From an uncultured Candidatus Poseidoniales archaeon (GTDB taxonomy: Archaea > Thermoplasmatota > Poseidoniia > Poseidoniales > Poseidoniaceae), in assembly GCA_964412625.1 (NCBI GenBank), contig CAYPPO010000002.1, forward strand, positions 9,497-73,496: a DNA stretch of 64,000 nucleotides. The letters are read 5' to 3'. Positions within the stretch are counted from its first letter, which is position 1. Every line of letters starts with the position of its first letter. This document shows positions 59,922 through 64,000 of this stretch, piece by piece. Position numbers and translations under genes: made by a program. Under the pieces are notes generated by a model, which saw only the letters and a list, made by a program, of their open reading frames with translations, was not told the origin of the DNA and did no database searches.

Positions 59922-60362
59922 ATGGTAGGGCTACGTCTGTCTCGTCGAGCCCGAAAATTTCTGAAGCGAATCCAGCGCGCACCAGGCAAATACGAGTTGC
60001 AAGAAGTTGCCTCAACAATCCAAGCCGAGCTTGACAAACGCAATGTTTCGTATGATGAGGCGCTAACGCTTGGCAATATAATTCAGCACAGGGCCGATCA
60101 ATTCACCGATGACGATACCATTGTCTACGCAATTTCTGATAGGGATGCATATCGTAGAACGCTGGAACTCTATCTTAGAGATGCTCTGTTGAGCAAAACT
60201 GAGCAGCTGCTATTGTGGGAAGAGCGTCGCCGACTCGGCATCAGCGACCGGGATCATGAACGCCTGCTGGAGCAATTGTTAGCGCAGTGGCGAAAGCAAG
60301 GAAAGAAGGTCAATATCGACAGTTTCGAAGCACCAAGGGACGGAGGTGAAGCCTCTGCTTAA
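59922..60362 (+). CDS. Hypothetical cytoplasmic helical protein
   Basis: 146 aa; LSKTEQLLLWEERRRLGISDRDHERLL motif; TTGAATA at -30. Confidence 0.75.
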   Translation: MVGLRLSRRARKFLKRIQRAPGKYELQEVASTIQAELDKRNVSYDEALTLGNIIQHRADQFTDDDTIVYAISDRDAYRRTLELYLRDALLSKTEQLLLWEERRRLGISDRDHERLLEQLLAQWRKQGKKVNIDSFEAPRDGGEASA

Positions 60363-63300
60363 TCAACGGAAAACTGCGATAGCTGCCCTCCTACTTGTGA
60401 TGTTAGTTGCGCCTCTGGCGACTCCACTCGCATCAGCCGATTCGAAAACCTCAGCTCGAAACGGACCTAATTTTACCGTCAGTTCGCTGACACTTGATGG
60501 AGCAGGTTCTGTGCAAGATGGCACAGATATCTTTGTCGAAAACGCCACTCATGTCGTTGAGGTTGTAGTTTCAAACATCGGCTCTGCTGCCGGAACGGTG
60601 GTGGTTTCATTATTCCATCAAGGGTCATCATCATCACCGAAATCTTTGGTCAAGGCTATTGAGGTTGGGCCGATATCTCCAGGTACCTCCCACACTCCAG
60701 TTGGATTCGAATGGACTGCTTCACCGGGTAACGGTCAGCGGTTGTTTGCCGAAACCTATGCACAGGCAGACCCCTATTCAGCAGATAATGAGATGCAGTT
60801 GTATTTTGATGTGAGGACTGCTCCACGCTATCTTGTCGGAGACGTTATTGGTAATAATACACCAATGCCGGGTCCTGGACAATCAGAAGGAGTAATCGAT
60901 AGCAGCATGCAAACATTTACCGCAACGGTTCTCAATGAAGGCGTTGAGACAATAACTGCAAACATGACTTTGGATTTTGTCAACCCTCTAGACCCAACCG
61001 ACAGTCACTCATTCTGGTCTGGAGAAATCCTCCTCGACCCTGGTTCGCTGAAAAATGGTCCGATACCAGACTACACTACCTACAACATGAACACAGCATC
61101 ATTCAGCGGCGTTTACACGCTAACAGTCTCGGTGATTTTTACTGGAAACGGCGGTTGGATAGACACCCAAGTAATCAGTGTGTCTGACGTAAGATTTTCC
61201 GACTTTTCGGCCACTTTAACCACTCCGTCAGATCGAACTACGGAGCCTGGTTTAACTACAACTTTGAATTACTGGTTGACAAATACCGGCACCCAAGATG
61301 ACTTTTTTAACATCAATTTATTCTCAACCCAAGGCTGGGCAACGGTTGTTTCACACCCAACAGGTCAGACCCCAAGCTTCTCGCAGGGTCAAACAATAAA
61401 CATTCAAGTTGATGTGACAATTCCATACGATGCAGACAGGACAGCAACTGACACTGTAATACTAACTCTTACCTCGGTCCAAGACACTAGCACTCCGCCG
61501 TATAGCCTGTCTGCGAGAACTAATGTTGGAGCCGGAGAAATTTTCGTCGCTAGTCTTAGTATGCCAACGACAACCCAAATAGTAATTCCCGGCGATGAAA
61601 TTGGGTTTAATGCGACCATAAAGAACGAAGGAAATGTAGAGGGATCATACATACTAAACGCAGGTTTCTCATCTTCATCTAGTCGCTGGGAAGTCACGCT
61701 GGGTACATACTTAACCTCGGCATTACCTGTTGATGGCAGTATGGAATTCTCGGTAAATGTTACTGTCCCACCAATTCAAATGCCACTAGACCAAGCAGAT
61801 CACAATAGAGATGGCGACACGTTGAGCGTCTGGGTTCAAGCAATACCATCAAACGGCGGAGTTCCAGTCGTTCAAAATACAACACTACGAGTGGCTCCAA
61901 TAATTGTGGTGGACCCCGGGCTGAGCGATGAAACAGTGGTGCTGGATGCCGCAGAAATCATTGCTGGCAAGGATGGAAATGGAGTGGAACTCTTTAGACC
62001 CCTAGATATTGAAGTAAGAACCAACCTTGCAGATCCATTGATTACCACCGTTGATGCCTTAATTGAGACGGGCAATGTAACCTTCTTTACCCCAAACGGT
62101 GGAGGTTTTAATGAAAGTGCACGGTGGAATGCATCGATTTCCAATGAATCTCTGTGGGGCATGAGCCTAGGCAGTACGAAAGTTGGAGCCCTTAACGTAC
62201 AAGGACCATTTGGTCACTATCCTCTAGCAGGAGTTTTAGATGTTCCAGTTACTGCTTCAATAATAAACCCGCCTCAAAATATACCAAATCTAGTTACTAC
62301 TACATCTGTAACGAGAAACATTTCAATAATCGTGCCGCCTATCTATGAGGCTAACATTGTCGATAAAGGGCCGTTCGATGTTCCATTGGGAGAGATGACT
62401 TCAGTTCCTCTCCTGCTTGAAAACACTGGCAATGAAGTCACGTCATACCGCCTTTCAGTGATTGACGACTTGCCGGATGGCTGGGTTACCTCTATCAATA
62501 CTCTAACAGGAAATTCAGATGTTATTGCTGATTTAAGTCCAGATGTATCCGATGCTCCAGAAGAGGGTAATTCTCATTTGCGTGATTTCAATTTAGAGGT
62601 GACAACTGACCCACTTGCTGATGCATATTCAATCCAAGATGTCAACATCAAAGTAGAGGATAGCTCAACAGGTCTGTTGATAAATATAATCCCCGTATCG
62701 ATAAGAGTAGGCCCCTATGTTAATGCATCACTTTCCCCAACCAACCAAACAGTCAATATCAATACAACATTAGGAGAAACACCGCTCACTAGAGTCTATG
62801 TCACCAACACTGGTAACACACCAACAATTTACTCCCTGTGGCTAGACGATTCACAAGCCGGCGAGGTAAATTTCAATCTAGAGAGCCCGAATCAAATTCT
62901 TATTGCACCTGGATTTACTGACTCTGTCAAAATAAGATTATCTCCCACCAACGATGCTGATTCAGACGGATACTACATGGCTAGATTGTGGGTTGAAACT
63001 GATACCGGGGTTAACCTAAGCGCTGAGATAGTGGCCAATGTTAGTGAACAAAGAGACCTAAGCATTGACGCACCATACGAAATCGGGGTATTACCCGGGC
63101 AAGATCAAGTGGTAAATTTCACCGTCACAAACTCGGGTAATTTTGAAGAAACATTTGCTGTTGAGGTTGCCGTGGATGGTGGCTGGGTAGTAGTCCCTGC
63201 CTCTCAAACAATGACGCTGCCAATTGATGAGGAAATTCAAGGAAGTGTTACCGTTACCATTCCGGAGCTTGGTGAGGGGATTTCATTAAACGACGGCTCG

Positions 63301-64000
63301 GTTCACAACCTTACGATTCGATTGGTAGATCAAAATACGGAATTAACTGCTGGAATGGCGACGGTTAGAATGTTAATTTCGCCGATGTTTATCCTTGATA
63401 TTGTTGATTGGCAGGAGGAGATGCAGTATCACAGGTACTGGAACAGAACCTTTAGTGCTACTGTAATGAACATGGGTAATAGAGATGTCACTGTAGACTT
63501 AGGCTATGAGATCAATAAACCAGGTGGCGTAATTCCAAGTAATGAATGGAGCATTGAGCCAGGCGCACCGAGTACTCTGTCAATGCCAGTAGGTCAAAAT
63601 GTGACCTTTTCATTCGTCGTCAAATCTACTGACATAAGCCCCGACCTAGGATTATTTGCCTTGTTATCAATACACTTGACTCCGCAAGATGCCAGTGTTG
63701 ATGGGGATGGATTCCTCAATTCAACACTAAAGATGTCAAGGTTCTTTGCACCGAGCGATATTGATTTGAAACCAGATGAAACAGACGGGCCAATGGAGGA
63801 ATATATCGTTTATTCACATATTCCAATCGGCCCATCTAACGCAGTTGCTTATGAGTTAGAACTTTGCGATGTAGAGCGTTTGTATGACTTTAGCCAATCT
63901 ACCGAAAATGAGTCTTTGTACCCATGGTCTTTCACGCTAGTTATCGACGAATCTACCTCGGTTCCGCTATCTCTAGATCCCGAGAGTTGTGGACAATCTT
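60346..64000 (+). CDS. Giant secreted Ig-like/CARDB repeat surface protein, runs off window end (>1200 aa)
   Basis: Absent from ORF track because there is no stop in the window. Manual translation gives MKPLLNQRKTAIAALLLVMLVAPLATPLASAD (signal peptide), repeated xNTGN/xNEG strands, and the same frame at the window end. Confidence 0.85.
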   Translation, partial: MKPLLNQRKTAIAALLLVMLVAPLATPLASADSKTSARNGPNFTVSSLTLDGAGSVQDGTDIFVENATHVVEVVVSNIGSAAGTVVVSLFHQGSSSSPKSLVKAIEVGPISPGTSHTPVGFEWTASPGNGQRLFAETYAQADPYSADNEMQLYFDVRTAPRYLVGDVIGNNTPMPGPGQSEGVIDSSMQTFTATVLNEGVETITANMTLDFVNPLDPTDSHSFWSGEILLDPGSLKNGPIPDYTTYNMNTASFSGVYTLTVSVIFTGNGGWIDTQVISVSDVRFSDFSATLTTPSDRTTEPGLTTTLNYWLTNTGTQDDFFNINLFSTQGWATVVSHPTGQTPSFSQGQTINIQVDVTIPYDADRTATDTVILTLTSVQDTSTPPYSLSARTNVGAGEIFVASLSMPTTTQIVIPGDEIGFNATIKNEGNVEGSYILNAGFSSSSSRWEVTLGTYLTSALPVDGSMEFSVNVTVPPIQMPLDQADHNRDGDTLSVWVQAIPSNGGVPVVQNTTLRVAPIIVVDPGLSDETVVLDAAEIIAGKDGNGVELFRPLDIEVRTNLADPLITTVDALIETGNVTFFTPNGGGFNESARWNASISNESLWGMSLGSTKVGALNVQGPFGHYPLAGVLDVPVTASIINPPQNIPNLVTTTSVTRNISIIVPPIYEANIVDKGPFDVPLGEMTSVPLLLENTGNEVTSYRLSVIDDLPDGWVTSINTLTGNSDVIADLSPDVSDAPEEGNSHLRDFNLEVTTDPLADAYSIQDVNIKVEDSSTGLLINIIPVSIRVGPYVNASLSPTNQTVNINTTLGETPLTRVYVTNTGNTPTIYSLWLDDSQAGEVNFNLESPNQILIAPGFTDSVKIRLSPTNDADSDGYYMARLWVETDTGVNLSAEIVANVSEQRDLSIDAPYEIGVLPGQDQVVNFTVTNSGNFEETFAVEVAVDGGWVVVPASQTMTLPIDEEIQGSVTVTIPELGEGISLNDGSVHNLTIRLVDQNTELTAGMATVRMLISPMFILDIVDWQEEMQYHRYWNRTFSATVMNMGNRDVTVDLGYEINKPGGVIPSNEWSIEPGAPSTLSMPVGQNVTFSFVVKSTDISPDLGLFALLSIHLTPQDASVDGDGFLNSTLKMSRFFAPSDIDLKPDETDGPMEEYIVYSHIPIGPSNAVAYELELCDVERLYDFSQSTENESLYPWSFTLVIDESTSVPLSLDPESCGQS

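Noticed and set aside
1..64000. Prophage, transposon, integron, defence island, tRNA or rRNA
   Set aside because: No integrase, transposase, capsid, Cas or restriction motifs were seen. Intergenic gaps are too short for rRNA and I saw no tRNA cloverleaf by eye; a tRNAscan/Infernal run would be decisive.

Overview
This is a gene-dense archaeal chromosome segment of about 39 CDSs, with no rRNA, tRNA, CRISPR array or mobile element visible. Archaeal TBP, NMD3, SepF and a RAD55/KaiC-like ATPase occur with giant PKD/CARDB surface proteins bearing an LPxGWTMEQWxxYG tail, which points to Marine Group II (Poseidoniales); this assignment is an inference. Housekeeping genes (glmS, cysS, ileS, nadE, mvk, tbp, trxA, bcp) are interspersed with at least seven very large secreted or membrane-anchored proteins. 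The main observations are: (1) five single-pass surface proteins whose acidic cytoplasmic tails end in compact modules (WW-like Trp motif, Zn ribbon, EF-hand pair, OCRE-like Trp repeat), most with polyproline, and a rhomboid protease carrying its own Zn ribbon; (2) a window-wide leaderless promoter pattern with a degenerate TT[C/G]A[A/T] box 29-30 nt upstream of start codons, an insertion-bearing TBP, and a palindromic TATA array in the tbp promoter; (3) a CcmA-membrane fusion with ccmC and ccmD but no ccmE or ccmF; (4) a reelin-like domain and a DRAM/TMEM150-like protein; (5) an IleRS with a GIHH signature; (6) a fused AcnX with DUF521-DUF126 domain order. All calls come from motif recognition by eye; no database searches were run.
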